From Phaeosaccion multiseriatum (Eukaryota > Protista > Ochrophyta, other classes): a stretch of 64,000 nt of DNA. The stretch is taken from NCBI GenBank assembly GCA_965112735.1, contig OZ218951.1:806001-870000 (forward strand). The letters are read 5' to 3'. Shown here one piece after another: positions 1 to 13,500 of the stretch (its first letter is position 1; each line of letters starts with the position of its first letter). The notes beneath the pieces were generated by a model. It saw only the letters and a list, made by a program, of their open reading frames with translations, was not told the origin of the DNA and searched no databases. Position numbers and translations under genes: made by a program.

Positions 1-2790
1 AGCACGTCACCCTCGGCGATGGAGCAGTCGCCATAGTCGAGCACAACCCCCCCCCCTCCTCCTCTATCACCCACTGCTGCTGTACGACCAACTTCTCCTC
101 CTCCTCCTCCTTCGGCGGCCGTGATCATCATCATACTTGCCGCTGCCCCTCCTCCTCCTCCTCCTCCTCCTCCTCCTCCTCCTCCTTTCGCCTCCTCCTC
201 CTCCTCCTCCCTACCGAGGCCTCCGATCCCTCCACCCCCGCCATAAGAGGAGGAGCTTTTCATGTGCAGCACGGCAGAACCGTCCAGCCTGGCCTGCCAC
301 CCCTCCACCTCCTGCCCCTTGAAGCGGATCGGGTACTTGAGATCACAAAGCTCCAACCGGTACTCGCGAGCAGGAATGTTGCGAGGCATGGACAGCTCCA
401 CAATGGCAAAGGCGTCCTCCTCACCGCGCCCCCTCTCCTCCTCCTCCTCCTCCTCCTCGTCGTCGTCGTACTCCTCCTCCTCTTCCTCCTCCTCGCCGTC
501 GTCTTCTTTGCCCTCCCCAGCCTTCTTCGCCGCTCCATCAGCAGCAGAGGCAGACGCATCTCCTCCTGCTACCTTACTCGCAACAGCGTTGACAGCAGCA
601 GCAGCGCTGGAGCGACGGCGAACAGCACTAGCCCGGCGCTTCTGCTGTAGCACCAACTGCTGCTGCTGCTGTATCACCAACGACTGCTCGTTGGGAAACA
701 CCCTCAACACCTCTACATCCGTAGCGTCGCCAACACAGCGCTTGCTCCCCTGCTCCGCCGCCTCCACACTGAGGTTGACCGGCAGCAGCCTCACCACCCA
801 CGCCACTTTGCGTGAGGGTTGCGATACCACCTCCCCCAGACAGTTGCGCAGGTCCACTCGAAACTGCACGATATCCCCAGCGAAACACACATTCATCAGC
901 CGTCGCTTCCCCTCCTCCTGCTGCTGCTGCTGGAGGTGCTCCTTGCCCTCCTTCTCCTCCTGCTCCTGCTCCTCCTCATCCACGCCCCCTCTACGGCTGC
1001 TGCTGCTGCTGCTGCTGACTATGTCAACAAGATCTCTCCGAGTCACCGACGTGTTCGTCCCCACAGACCCTTTGGCAAGGGGACGACTCCTCCTGGCGCC
1101 TGTCAACACCCGTATCAACCCCGCAACGGAGCAGCGCTCGTGTGCCAACATGCTACCGTAGTCGTCGGCAAGCATCATAACGGCACGGTGCAGAGAAGAG
1201 ATGAGACTCACATCGGACAGGTTGTCAAAGAGCCAGTCCAGCAGTACTTGCCGCCGAGACGGCAGCAGATGGGCATGCCGTTGTACTTGCGCCCCACCGC
1301 CGCCGCCCCCGCCCCCCTGCGTTGTACTTCCTCCTCCTCCTCCTGGCGACGATGGCCCGAAACCGAATCCCCCTCCCCGGGGGGTGGGTATGGGCGTCTG
1401 CGCGGGTGAGCCCGAGGTAGAAGAAATGGGCGAGCCAATGCCGGGACCTGACACCTGGTATCCATACGCCCCACCCCCAGCCCCCCCTCCACCCCCACCC
1501 CCTCGGCGGACGAAGGCCGTGCCCCATGTAGGCCCCCAAGTAGTGCAGGATTTAACGGGGTTTCCGTCTCGGTATGGTGAGAACCACATGTCCAAGCGGG
1601 TCTCCACCGCGTCGCCAAGGGCAGACTCCCATGCGTGCACAAAGTGATTGAGCCTCGACTTGCACTCTTTCTCCAGCGCTTTCTCTTCCTCTCGGCTGCC
1701 CACTCCAACACCGCTGGGACCTCCTCCTGCTGCTGCTGCTGCTGCTGTATCACCAACTGCGGTACTTCCTCCTCCTTCTCCTCCGCCTCTTCCCCTGGCT
1801 CGCCTGCGCAGGAGCAAAGCCGCTTTGTATGACTTAATCACACTCCTCTTGAGGCCTCTCCACACCGCTGTCTTGCGCTTCTCCCGAGGGTGCACGATGT
1901 TGTCGTCCCTGAGGTAGCTCAGGGCGGTTTGTCGCATGGAGCCCCGGACAGGAAGTTTGAGTAGCCGGATAAGGAAAGGGGCTTCTTCGCGTGCGAGGCG
2001 TCGCTCCACCACCTGCCGACACGCCACGTACACGCGCGCACACACATACACACACACGCACGGACAAGCACGCAAGTACACATGAGCACGCAAAGATGGA
2101 AGCAAGTAGATAGGTATGTCAGAAGAGACAGAGACACACCGAAGAGGGCTAAACTCGCCTTTGCAGTGCGAGGGAGTGGAGGGAAGGGAAGGGAAGGGAA
2201 GGAGAGGTGAAAGGGGTAGGGCTCCATCCTGACGTCAGCCAAATGGTAGCATATGGCGCCGGTCTATGACGTCAGCCGATGACAACAGGCGTTGACGTCA
2301 GTCGATGACGTCACAAGTCGCGTACGTGTGGACGTACCTTGAGCTCCTGCTGCACATTCATGCCCTCAAGCTCCTCCCCCCCGGGGGCGAAGATGTCCGT
2401 AAACAGCATCCTCGTCACCACGAGCACGTACTGAGAGGAGGTCCAAACACGCACGCACACACACAAACACGCAGAGAGAGAGAGAGAGCGAGAGAGAGCA
2501 AGGGGGAGAGAGGGAGGATAGAGAGAGATCGAGGGCGAGAGAGAGATACACATCAACACGAATAGTATGAGCAAGGAGGTAACGAGATAACACGAATAGT
2601 ATGAGCAAGGAGGTAACGAGATAACACGAATAGTATGAGCAAGGAGGTAACGAGATAAGCTTAATGTTTGGTGAGGGAGGGAAGGCGGGGGTGGGAAATG
2701 TATTTTGCGTCCCTACAAGGAAAGACACCACAACCCAGACAACAAAAGCGCACATACATACACACGTTTACAAACACCCACCCATCCACC

Positions 2791-2825
<35 letters not shown>

Positions 2826-3525
2826 CTGCGCGAAGACCGCGGAGAGGAGCTTCCGAAGCTCCTTCTTGAGTGCGGCGTGTGCAAAGAGGAGGCGACTGAT
2901 CTGCTTCTCCACCTCCCTTTCGTCCGCGCCCCCCCCCACGCCCCCCCGGCAGCTGAAGGGTTGGTTTCCCCCGTTGCGTGTTCGCTGAGGAAGGAGCACA
3001 TCCATCACCTGGGCAGAGATGGATGATTGATTGATTGATTGATTGGATGGGTGGATGGCAGCATATGGGGACGACAGTGGATACGGAGAGCTTTTTAAGC
3101 ACTTGAAACTGGGAGTGGAAGAGACGAGGGAAGGGAAGCGTGCTGGCGCACCAGTCGCCAAGCCGTCGATCCATCCATCCACTACCATCCATCCATCCAT
3201 CAACTACCATCCATCCATCCACTGCCATCCATCCGTCCACTGCCGTCCATGCATTCATTGCCTTACTACTCTACTCACCTGCCCCAGGAAGTGCACGAGT
3301 GCTCTGTCGTCTTCCTCATGCCCCTCCTCATCCTTGGTGCGAAGCTTCTTGAACATCCTCCGGACGGGCTCCAGCAGGGCCTGGGAGAGAGTGAGCGTAT
3401 GTTGGCCACGTTTTGTCATGTTCAGTACCTGAAAGGTGGAAGGAGAGGGGGGGAGGGAGGGGGGGGGAGGGAAGTGAGGGGAGGGAGGGGAGGGAGTTGA
3501 GTCAACACACACATATATACACATG

Positions 3526-3624
<99 letters not shown>

Positions 3625-6600
3625 CACCGCGTAACGTCCCGCACCCACCTTCCTATCCCAGCTTTCCATGATGAGCACCCCCGTGGCGAAGGCACACGTC
3701 ATGAAGAAGATGGTGAAGCCGATCAGCTCCACCCCCTTGGCAGCCAGAGCGTATGGATATGCCCCCACTGCTCCGAGCATGCCTGTTTTGAAAGGGAGAG
3801 GGTTAGGAGGAGGACGGATGGAGGCATATTGGAGAGCGGATGGAGGCTTAGTGGGGAGAAGGGCGAAGGCCTAAATGAGAGGGGTGGATAGAGGCATATA
3901 GGAGAGGGACGGAAGCATATGGCAACGTATCCAGGAAGAGCGTGGTACGATTGGAGAGGAGGCAGAACGTTCATAGTGTGTTGGGAAGCAGGGTGGATGG
4001 AGGCATATAGGAGAGGGCTGGAAGCATATGGGTACGTACCGAGGAAGAGCATGGTGATATTAGAGAGGAGACAGAAGGTCTCGAGTGTATTGGTGAGCTT
4101 GTTCTTGTAGGGCTGACTGAAGGAGTGGGCCACTAGGCAGAGAATGAGGAAGGTCAGAGCGAAGCCTGCAGGATGAGGAGGGGGGGGAGGGAGGACGGAA
4201 GGAAGGAAGGAAGGAAGAAAGGGAGGGGGAGAGGAAGGAAGGGAGGGATGGAAGGAGGGAGAGGGATTTGGGGGATTAGACTCATATGGAGAGGCAAGGG
4301 GTGAGAGGGAAGGGGGGCGGCGTTTAAAATATGCGAAGAGCCGCACCAGCAGTTGGTGATACAGCCATCTTGAGAAGAGCAGCGGTGGTGGGCCACACAT
4401 ATACAAGCACGCACACACGTACAGACACACGAGAACACACGCACCCTTCACATAAAGACATGCACAAGACATACAGCCCAGATGTAGAGACACCCTCCTT
4501 CATCTCACTGCCTTGCCTGCTTGAAAGACGCCGTTGGTGGAGATGAAGCTTGCGAGCACAACAAAGAGCATACGGAGATGCGTGTAGAAGTCCCACTTCT
4601 TCATGACCTTTGTCTTGGTCTTGCATAAAAAGGCGTATGGGCCATCCTTGCGCTCATCGTCCAAAAAGTACACCCCGAGAGAGAGCAGCACTGCCACAGA
4701 GGCTGCCACAAGGAGGGTAGCTAGGGCTGTTTGGGGGGTGCAGCTGGTGCTGACACCCAAGTCCGAGGAGGAAGGGTCCGAGGAAGTGTCCCTGCACGTG
4801 ATCCAGGAGAGCCACTGACGGAAGAAGAAGGGCATGAGGCAGAGCGCAAGAGCCACACCGACCCCCTGCAGATACATGAGTTGGTGATGGCCCGCCTTCT
4901 CCTTGGCAGTTGTGAGTCCATACGCCGAAAGATGGCTGCTCCCTCCCCCTCCTCCTGCTCTCCCCCTCCGCTGCTTCGCCCGCCGTGCCAAGTCTCTCTG
5001 AGTCCGTGCACTGCTGCTAAACGACGTCAGCACCATCTCCCTCACGTTCCACCCCGGCCGATGCGCGTGTGCCCAATGCACCGCCTCGTACCCCAACACC
5101 ACCAAGGGTATCACGATGGCCCATGCCAGCATCGCCGACGGCCCGCCCGAGCCCCCCCCTCCTGGCCCGGAGCCTCCACAGGACGCGGCTGCCGTTTCAT
5201 AAAAGTCCGGATAAAGGAATATGGGCATGATGGGGCTGAGGAACATTCCGAGAGCAAGGAACTTGGTGTCGTGGATGTCCGTGATGTAGGAGGTGAGCAC
5301 GCCAGCTGTGACCTCGAACTCTCCCTGACGTGTTGGTTGTTTGGTTGGTTGGTTGGTTGGATGGTTGGGTGGATGGTTGGGTGGGTGGGTGGTCGGTTGG
5401 TTGGGTGGTTGCTTGATTTGGTGGAGGAGAGAAGTCGAGTCGAGACTAGAGGGGTGAAGCAAAGACTCACAGTTCCAGAAAACAAGAGAGCTCACTCACT
5501 CACTCACTCACCCACTCACCCACTCACCCACTCACCCCCTCACTCACTCACTCACTCACTCACTCACTCACTCACTCACTCACTCACCCACTCACCCACT
5601 CACTCACTCACCCCCTCACTCACTCATTCACTCACTCACTCACTCATTGACTTACTCACCTCGAAGTAACCGTCCCAGCTGAGCTCGTAGTGGAATATAA
5701 GGTACGTGGTCTGAACAAAGCGAAGGAGCACTTGATAGCTGCCCAGCTTCGCGATGGAGGTGAAGTGGTACACGAACAGAGCAATGGCGACGACGTACAT
5801 GCCCAACTGCGCCACCAGCAGTAAGTCAACAGCGAACTTGCCAGGGCACGCGGTACAGTAGGCGTGGAGGCGGTAGAAGCCGTCGGAGCAGGACTCACAA
5901 ATGGTGCCTGCGTATCCAGTGCTGCATACATTATCCTCCCCTCCCGGGCAGGCGGTGGGGGGCGAGCAGAGCAACATGGATGAGATATCGGAGGCGCTTC
6001 TTCTGTAACCGTGGATGGGGTACGGGGGGGCTACTCCCCCAGGGCACACGGACTGAGAAGGGCAGCTCTCGCATTCCTCTCCGGCCTATTGGATTTGGCG
6101 TTTCGTTGGAAGACGAGGAGGGGGCGGGGGAGGGAGAAAGGGATGAAGAGAGGGGATGGAGAGGGGAAGAGGAAGAGGGGGGGGGGGCTTATTGACACAT
6201 AGTAATCAACCAAAATAATTACGTAGGTGTGTGGGAGGATTCAGGGAGAGGGGTTGGCGGGTTGTAGTGGCGAGGAGAGGGCGGAGCGTACGGTCGGTCG
6301 GCGGTTCTCCTCGATCTCTCTTTTTCTCGCTCTCTTCCTCCCTGCCTCCCTCCCCCCTCCTACGGCACCAACACCTAAGGACTACCCCACACTCACACCT
6401 CACACCTCACCTGTTGGTCCGCATTGAAGTACCCCTCCACGCACACACAGGCAGTCACTACCGCCCGCCCCGTGTCGTTGGTGTACGTGTTGGTGGGACA
6501 AGATTCACAGATGGTCTGGCCCTCTTGGTCCTGATAGAAACCCTTGAGACAGTCGCTACAAACGTCATCGTTGGCATATGTTCCGCGGCTACACATGGTA

Positions 6601-9023
6601 CACGGAATAGAGGGGTCTGACGTCACTTCCCCGACGTCACACCCCTCTGACGTCAGCATGAGAGCGTCACTGCTGAGGCCGTCGGCTTCCGAGCTGACGT
6701 CCTTCCCCAGGAAGCGGTTGTTGCTGAAGGCCACACGCACCGGGCCTGCACGGTAGATTGGCATGCAAAGGCGCAGGCAGGCAGGTAGGAAGGTACTTCG
6801 TTGGTTGATTGGTTGGTCGTTTAGTTGGTTGGTGGGTTGGTGGGTTGGTTGGTTGGTTGGTTGGTTGGTTGGTTGGTTGGTTGTTTAGTTGTTTGGTTGG
6901 TTGGTTGGACACACACACACCGACACGCACCTGGGTTGATGCTCGGGACCTCGCACGTGAAGTTGAGGTGCTCATACACCTTGTTCGTTTCGGAGCTGCC
7001 GAGGCCCGATACGAGGCGGAAGCCCTGTCCGTCCCCAAGGTCGGCTTGCACCGCGTATTCGACAATGCAATCGTCGCCTCTTGTGCATAAAGCGAGGTCC
7101 TCCTGTTGCGTGTAGGGAGAGGAGAGGAGAGGAGAGGAGAGGAGTAAGGCAACAAGAAAGGAGTGGGTCGAAAGTTAGAGGGAAAGGGGAAGGGAGTGAG
7201 GGGTAGTGAGGTAGTGAGAGAGAAAGGGGTGGAAAGGAAGGCATGAAAACATAGATAGTGAAGTGAGGCAATGAGACAGGAAGAGGAGAAAAGAGGGAGA
7301 GAGGGGGGGGGTGGGGAAGGACTTAAGGCAGAGTATGTGTGGTGCTTCTTTGTAGGGCAGGGCCGAAGTGGAAGGGACCTCACAGATATAGACAACAAAG
7401 GGACACTGAAGAACCAACCTCTGCAGAAAGGGTCTCGTCTGCGGCCTCTCGGAACACGCACACGAGGCTTGAGGAACGTAAGTATACGTAATGTGCCGTA
7501 AGGTAAGCATACAGCTGCACCTCGCTACCTCGACCATCTCCGCCATCCGAGGAGGAGAGCGTGGCGTAGTATGAGCCGGCTTGTGGGGTGGTGGAGGAGT
7601 GGGCGCCTTCTTCATCGAGTACCCACACGGCGTCGAGGATGGGCTGTCGGTAGAAAGTGAAGACCGTGTTGGCGTCTTTGGCGGTGTAGACCTGGCCGTT
7701 GAACGAGATGACCACTAGGGGGTGGGGGGATGGGGGCAGCGTGTGTGTGTGTGTGAGAGAGAGAGAGGGATAGGGATAGCAACGTAGCAATGCAGCGAGT
7801 GCAGTGACGTGGTGACGTAGATAGTGTGGTAGCAGTGTAGCGATGTAGGAGTGTAAGGGTGCAGCGAGTACAGTGAGCGTAGTGATGGCAATGTCGCAGT
7901 GTAGCAGTGTAGCAATGTCGCAATTGTAGTGTGTAGCGAGCATAGCGCGTGCAGTGATGCAGTGAGTGCCGTGCAGTATCATGGTGTTGTAACGAGTGCA
8001 GTGAGCGCTCCACTCACCCTTGCTAGAGTACGTGTTGCTGTCTCCGAGTGTGGCATCAGAAACACTCGGCGTCTCCGTCTCAATGTAGCCCGAGTCGGCC
8101 TGGTAGTAGCCTAGGGTGGTTTCCCACTGAGTAGAGGCGGAGTTCAACAGCCAGCGCACGTACACAGTCACTCCCTGGGGGGGTGCGAGAGGATGAGGGA
8201 GGGCAGAGAGGGGGAGGGTGGGGGGGGAATGAGGAGGGAGAGGGGGGTTGGGCGGGGGGGAAGGAGGAGGAGAGAGACAGTATACAACTCTGTCAGTCTC
8301 GAGGTTTTCTCTCAGTGCGACAGGCTGAACACAAAACTCTTGGCACGTCCGACGCACTATGCTATGATGTCCTTCCCCTCCCTCCCTCCCTCCCTCTCTC
8401 CCTCGCTCCCTCGCTCCCTCCCTCCCTCCCTCCCTCCCTCCCTCCCTCCCTCCCTCCCTCCCTCCCTCCCTCCCTCCCTCCCTCCCTCCCTCCCTCCCTC
8501 CCTCCCTCCCTCCCTCCCTCCCTCCCTCCCTCCCTCCCTCCCTCCTTCCCTCCCTCCCTCTCTCCCCTCCCTTCCCTCCCTCCCCTCCCCTCCACTCACC
8601 TGCGGTTCGAAGAACCCCACGCCCGTGATGCTGACCGTCATTCCGCCTCCCTGGGACCCCGAAGTGGGTGTTATGGTACCCAAGTCTATGTCCGAGGTAT
8701 CATACACCGTTGACGAGAATCCCCCGCTGAAGGCTGACGTGGAGGGTGAGAGCGTGCTGAGTGGAGCTGTCAGGCCCAAGCCGGAGAGACTTTCGAACCC
8801 GGGCGTCGCCAAGAGCCTTGTCTCAAGCGATCCGCTGCTGACGGCCTGTTCCAGCAGCGAGGCGAAGGTTTCCGAAACGTCACTGTCGTCCACGGAGATA
8901 CTGACAGTGGAGGAGGCGACGAGGGCGAGCTGGACTGAGGCATATGAGCTGCCGTCTCCATCGCCGTCTCCATCCATTCGCCTCCTCCAAGGAGAAGGTG
9001 AAGAAGAAGAAGAAGAAGAAGAA

Positions 9024-9056
<33 letters not shown>

Positions 9057-10526
9057 AGGGAAGAGGGCTCCTCTTCGTCTTTCTCCTCCCTGGTGGCTCT
9101 CTTGATGGCAGCGCCGGCAGTTTCTCGCGCTGCTCCCACCTCCATCGACGGCTGCTGCTGCTGCTGCTGTTGCTGCTGTGTCACCAACTGCTGATGCCGT
9201 CGTCGCCGCTGTAGCCTTCTCCTCCTCGTCGTTGTTGTCGCTGCTGTTGTCTCTGTCTCGTCCGATACTCGAACCGCCCACAAGTTATCGCTCGACACGG
9301 TGAGCGTTACATTTCCGTCGCCACCGCCATCGGAGAGCGTACTTGCCAACTCGTACTTGAGAAGTGCCAGCGCACCGCTCCCACCCTCCTCATCTTCCAA
9401 GTCCGCGCTCGTCATACCCTCCAGCTCAAGGGTGAAGAGCAGCGCCGTTGGGAGTAAGGCAAGCTCCTCTGCCACGAAGCTCTGCCCTCCGTTCAGCGAA
9501 ACATCGAGCTCCACATTGGCGGTGGAAGGGATGGCAATCCCAACCTCGGGGGTGATAAACTCGACTTTGGAGCTTTGACCGAGCTGAAGGTACGGAAAGA
9601 ACGCTCCCGTTGTCCAGTTGCTGGCGACGGTGAAGGACTCGTTGGTGGAGGGGGAGGTTTGGCTTGTGACGTTGGCATAAATCTGAAACGGCAAGTGAAA
9701 CGGCAAGAGGTTTTGGATGGTGGTGTGTGGGGGGGATTGGGGCAGGGAGGGGAAGAGGGGAAGAGGGTCAGGCTTAACGACAGAAATTTACGCCTTGCGA
9801 AAGAGACACGTGGCCATCCATGTTCAACCCCCATGCGTACCCACACAATACACACACACAGACAAGCACCCCTAACGTAGAGACACGTGACCATTACCCG
9901 TACCATTACCGTTACCATCACCCCTTACGTAGAGACACGTACGGCCCATCACCTACCATTCGCTCGAGGTCGGTGTCCGAGTGAAGATAGAGGTTTCCCT
10001 CGCGCACACCGCTGTCCTCACTCGCGCTATCCTGGGCAGTACCATCATCGGCCTGAAAGCTCACATCCAGTACCATCCCACTGATGCCATCCCATTCAAT
10101 GGGCACATCCAATGGGAGGGCGAACCAGCTTCCTGCTGGCCCCATGGCGGCGTAGGGAAGGAAGGTGGGGCCGAGCACAGATACCAGCTCGGAGTCCGCA
10201 AAGGGGGCATTGGCCTCTCTGCTGGCACCCTCTCCGTCTTGGTCGTCGTCGCCAGCCTCGCTGAAGGATGTGGAGTTGGTGAGCTTGTAGGAGACTCGGA
10301 GGTCGAACCAATTAACCGAGGGATCGCCCCACACGCCGTCATCGTCCTCATGCACCTGTTGCGTGGTGGCGTAAGTCAGTGACAGTGTCAGTGATTCAAT
10401 TACTTGTCAGTTAAGGTGTTAGGAACTAACTGACCCGCTGTGTTGTCGCTTGCCTGCTCGTCAAGTCTAGTGTCGTCTTGGCACACACACACGCACTCAC
10501 ACAAACACACACGCACACACACACAT

Positions 10527-10564
<38 letters not shown>

Positions 10565-13500
10565 GCAACACCACGCTGTCAAATTGCTGAGCATCCCCCA
10601 TGGTCATGGCCGAGCTCTCAGAGAGATCAGAAGCGAGGTAGAGGGCCTGCCAGCGGGTGGAGCGGGTCATGAGATCAGGCAAGAAGTCCGCGTCATCCAA
10701 CACTCCGTAGGACGTGCCTACTTCGGTCAACACGACTCGAGACGTCCCGGTGAAGTCGCAGTAGCAGCTTGAATCGTCGCACGAGTAGTCAGCGCAGAGT
10801 TCGTACGGGGAGGAGGAGGAAGCGGCAGCATACTTGTACCGAAGCACGGGATGGTAGGCGGTGGAGTAGGCATCACCGTGCATGTAGACGGTGGTGGTGG
10901 CGTCCGTTGTGCCGACCCGGACGCTGCTGAGAGTGGTGGGGGAGGGCTCGGCTTCGATGACGGTTACAGGATCGTAGAAGGTTAGGGAGGACCCGACTGG
11001 GGCCCATTCCTCCCCCTGCAGGGAGAGGTACAGCGGGACTAAGCCCTGTGCGTGCGTGCGTACGTGCGTATATGCGCGTGCGTGTGACAAAGTAGGGCAG
11101 AAGACAGGGCAGAGACACCATGAGGGAGAGGGTGGGGGCTCGTTCAGAAGGAGGTGGATAAGCCGCCACAGGAGGCGGGGTGGATGCCCACCAAACGAGG
11201 TTGAATGCAAGACGGGATTGCGCAGGCGAGCTCACTTCTTTCCCTGACTGTACATTTTTCTGTCTTCCTTCCTTCCTTCCTTCCCTCCCTCCTTCTTCCC
11301 TTCTTCCCTCCCTCCCTCCCTCCCTCCCTCCCTCCCTCCCTCCCTCCCTCCCTCCCTCCCTCCCTCCACCGCTCCCTTCACTCACCAGAGAATACTCCTT
11401 CGCCGCGAAGTCCTTGGTGGGAAGGCACCTCCCTGAGAGTGTCGCATTGGCATTGGCTCTGTAGCAAGGGTACATGCTCTGCTCGACGCAGTACACACAG
11501 TTGTACGAGCTATCGCCCGGACAAGTGCTTCCACTGCTACTGTTGCTACTGCTACTACTTGTGCCGTCATCACCACTGCAACCTGCTGTGCTCTCCCTCG
11601 CCGCCCATGTAGCCTCGCACATCGCTTGTAGCGTGGCATTGCTTGCGCCACCCTCGCACAGGTCATCGGCCTCCTTACCCCAGACTGCCGGGATGTCCCA
11701 TGCAAGTTGGTGCTCCGTCAGGCCATCGGTGATGCTGCTACTGGAAGAGAGATTCGCGTAGAACAGGTGGTTCGAAGTAGAAGAAGAAGAAGAAGCAGTG
11801 GAAGAAGAAGAAGAGGAAGAAGAAGTAGACGAAGATGCGTTGCCGTCAGGATTGCCTACACTCAGCACAGCCTGGTGCTCCCTCGAAGCGTTGAGCAGGT
11901 GGCCGTTGAAGAGAGAAAGCCGTAGGGCCACTGAGCAACCGCCAAAGTACGAGCAGGCAAGCGAGGAGTTGTCGGCCTCGGCCTCCCAGTAGTAGGCCGG
12001 CAGAGAGGCGATGGCAGTGGAAGTCCCCTCCCCTCCATTGAGCGAGAGTGTCACCGCCGTGCTATTGCTGCTGCTGGATGACCAACTGCTGAGCCCCTCT
12101 TCGATGGTTTGCCTCAGCCCGTCTTCGTCCGTGAGGGTGCACGTCAGCACCGCTCCGGACTCTTGACAGTCGTCCGTCAGGTCGAAGCCTCCGAGCATCA
12201 CCTTCAGCCCCACTTCTCCCGAGCTAGCCACGCTCTGCGCCACTTTCACATCCGTGTACTCGCCATCTGAGACAGAGTCCACCTGATTGAGGCAGAGCTC
12301 CGACAAGAGCCCCACAGTGGGGTCCCCGGGGGGGCAGGCATCCAACACAAGCGTCTCGATGTCAGGACTGCTGCTACTGCTGTTGGATGACCAACTAGTG
12401 GTGTTGGCCAGCTGTGAGAGCGTTTCCGACAGCCCCTCCAGAGAGAAGAAGAAGCTGTATCCAGTCTTGAGGAAGAGAGGCCATTCTTCAACCTCTGTCA
12501 CCGACGCCACCACTTCCTCCACAAGGGGTACCACATACCCAAACTGACTCGCAACCTCCGCCGTAGCCCCTGCAACACCCGTCTGGCCATTGAGAGACAC
12601 CGCCAGCCCCTCCGCCTGCTCGTAACTGCCGTAACTGCCGTTACTGTAAGAGCTATTGGTGGTGTTGAGGAAGAGGGAGGGGGCTCGACGGTAGTCGAAG
12701 CGCCAGAGGGACTGGTTTCCGCCCACCCATGTTGTGACGTCTTCCTGATGGTCCAGGCTCATCACCTCCCGTACGGTGAGCCAATCGAAGGCAGCCACAG
12801 AATCCCCGTCCTCCAAATAGGCATTGGAGGCGCCGACGAAGAGGTGAAAGTCGCTCAAATCACTGAGCAAAGAGGTCGGTGAAGCGGCGGCTGTTGGAGC
12901 TGCTGTTGGGGCTGCGGTTGGTGCAGCAGTGGGAGCCTCTGTCGTGTTGGTGCTGATGTTGTCGTTGGCTGGCGACGGCGTGGGCTGCTCCGTCTCCTCC
13001 GTAGACCCACCTTCCTCAGAAGCGATACTGCTGGTGAGATTTCCGGTCAGCGATGATGACTGCACCTCCCAGAAGCTTGTTTCCGGCGGCAGCAGCGTGT
13101 GAATGGCCAGCGTGGCGTTACACCCCTCCACCACCGCAGTCACGTTGGGGCCGAAAACGGTTACAGAAAAACCAAAGGAGGTGGACGGGCAGGCCCAGTG
13201 CGATGCATTCGTCCAGTCCGAAGACGAGGAAGCAGGGCTGGTGATGGTGCTGATGCTGGTGCTGGTGTTTGGGTTGTTGTAAGTGCATGCGATGTTCGGG
13301 CAAGTAACGTTGTCCTGAAACCTCCACCGACTCACCGCGTCCTCACCCCTCAGGCTCACCACCCCCGCATAGTCCACCACCACCGTTACCAGACCGGGCG
13401 CAAAGCTGCCAGCCTCTGTACCACCAACTGCTGCATCAGCAGTCCCGTCTTTCCCCAGGTAGATGGCGCCCGTCTCGCCGCTCAAGTAGAGCACCTGTTC

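Larger units (their letters stand above)
3649..5835 (-). other. Gene A multi-pass transmembrane region (about 8-9 hydrophobic helices), TRP-C-terminal-like
   Basis: Hydrophobic segments include [133 protein letters not shown] and [20 protein letters not shown]. The W..+..R / Q...PY....N.LE pattern resembles TRP-like C-terminal domains of giant protist proteins. Confidence 0.75.

Noticed and set aside
262-1917. Plus-strand ORFs 262-1161, 1201-1647 and 1648-1917
   Set aside because: Antisense shadows of the open minus-strand exon of gene A.
2555-2658. 34-bp repeats as a CRISPR array
   Set aside because: The units are head to tail with no spacers, lie in a spliceosomal intron, and have no cas genes nearby.
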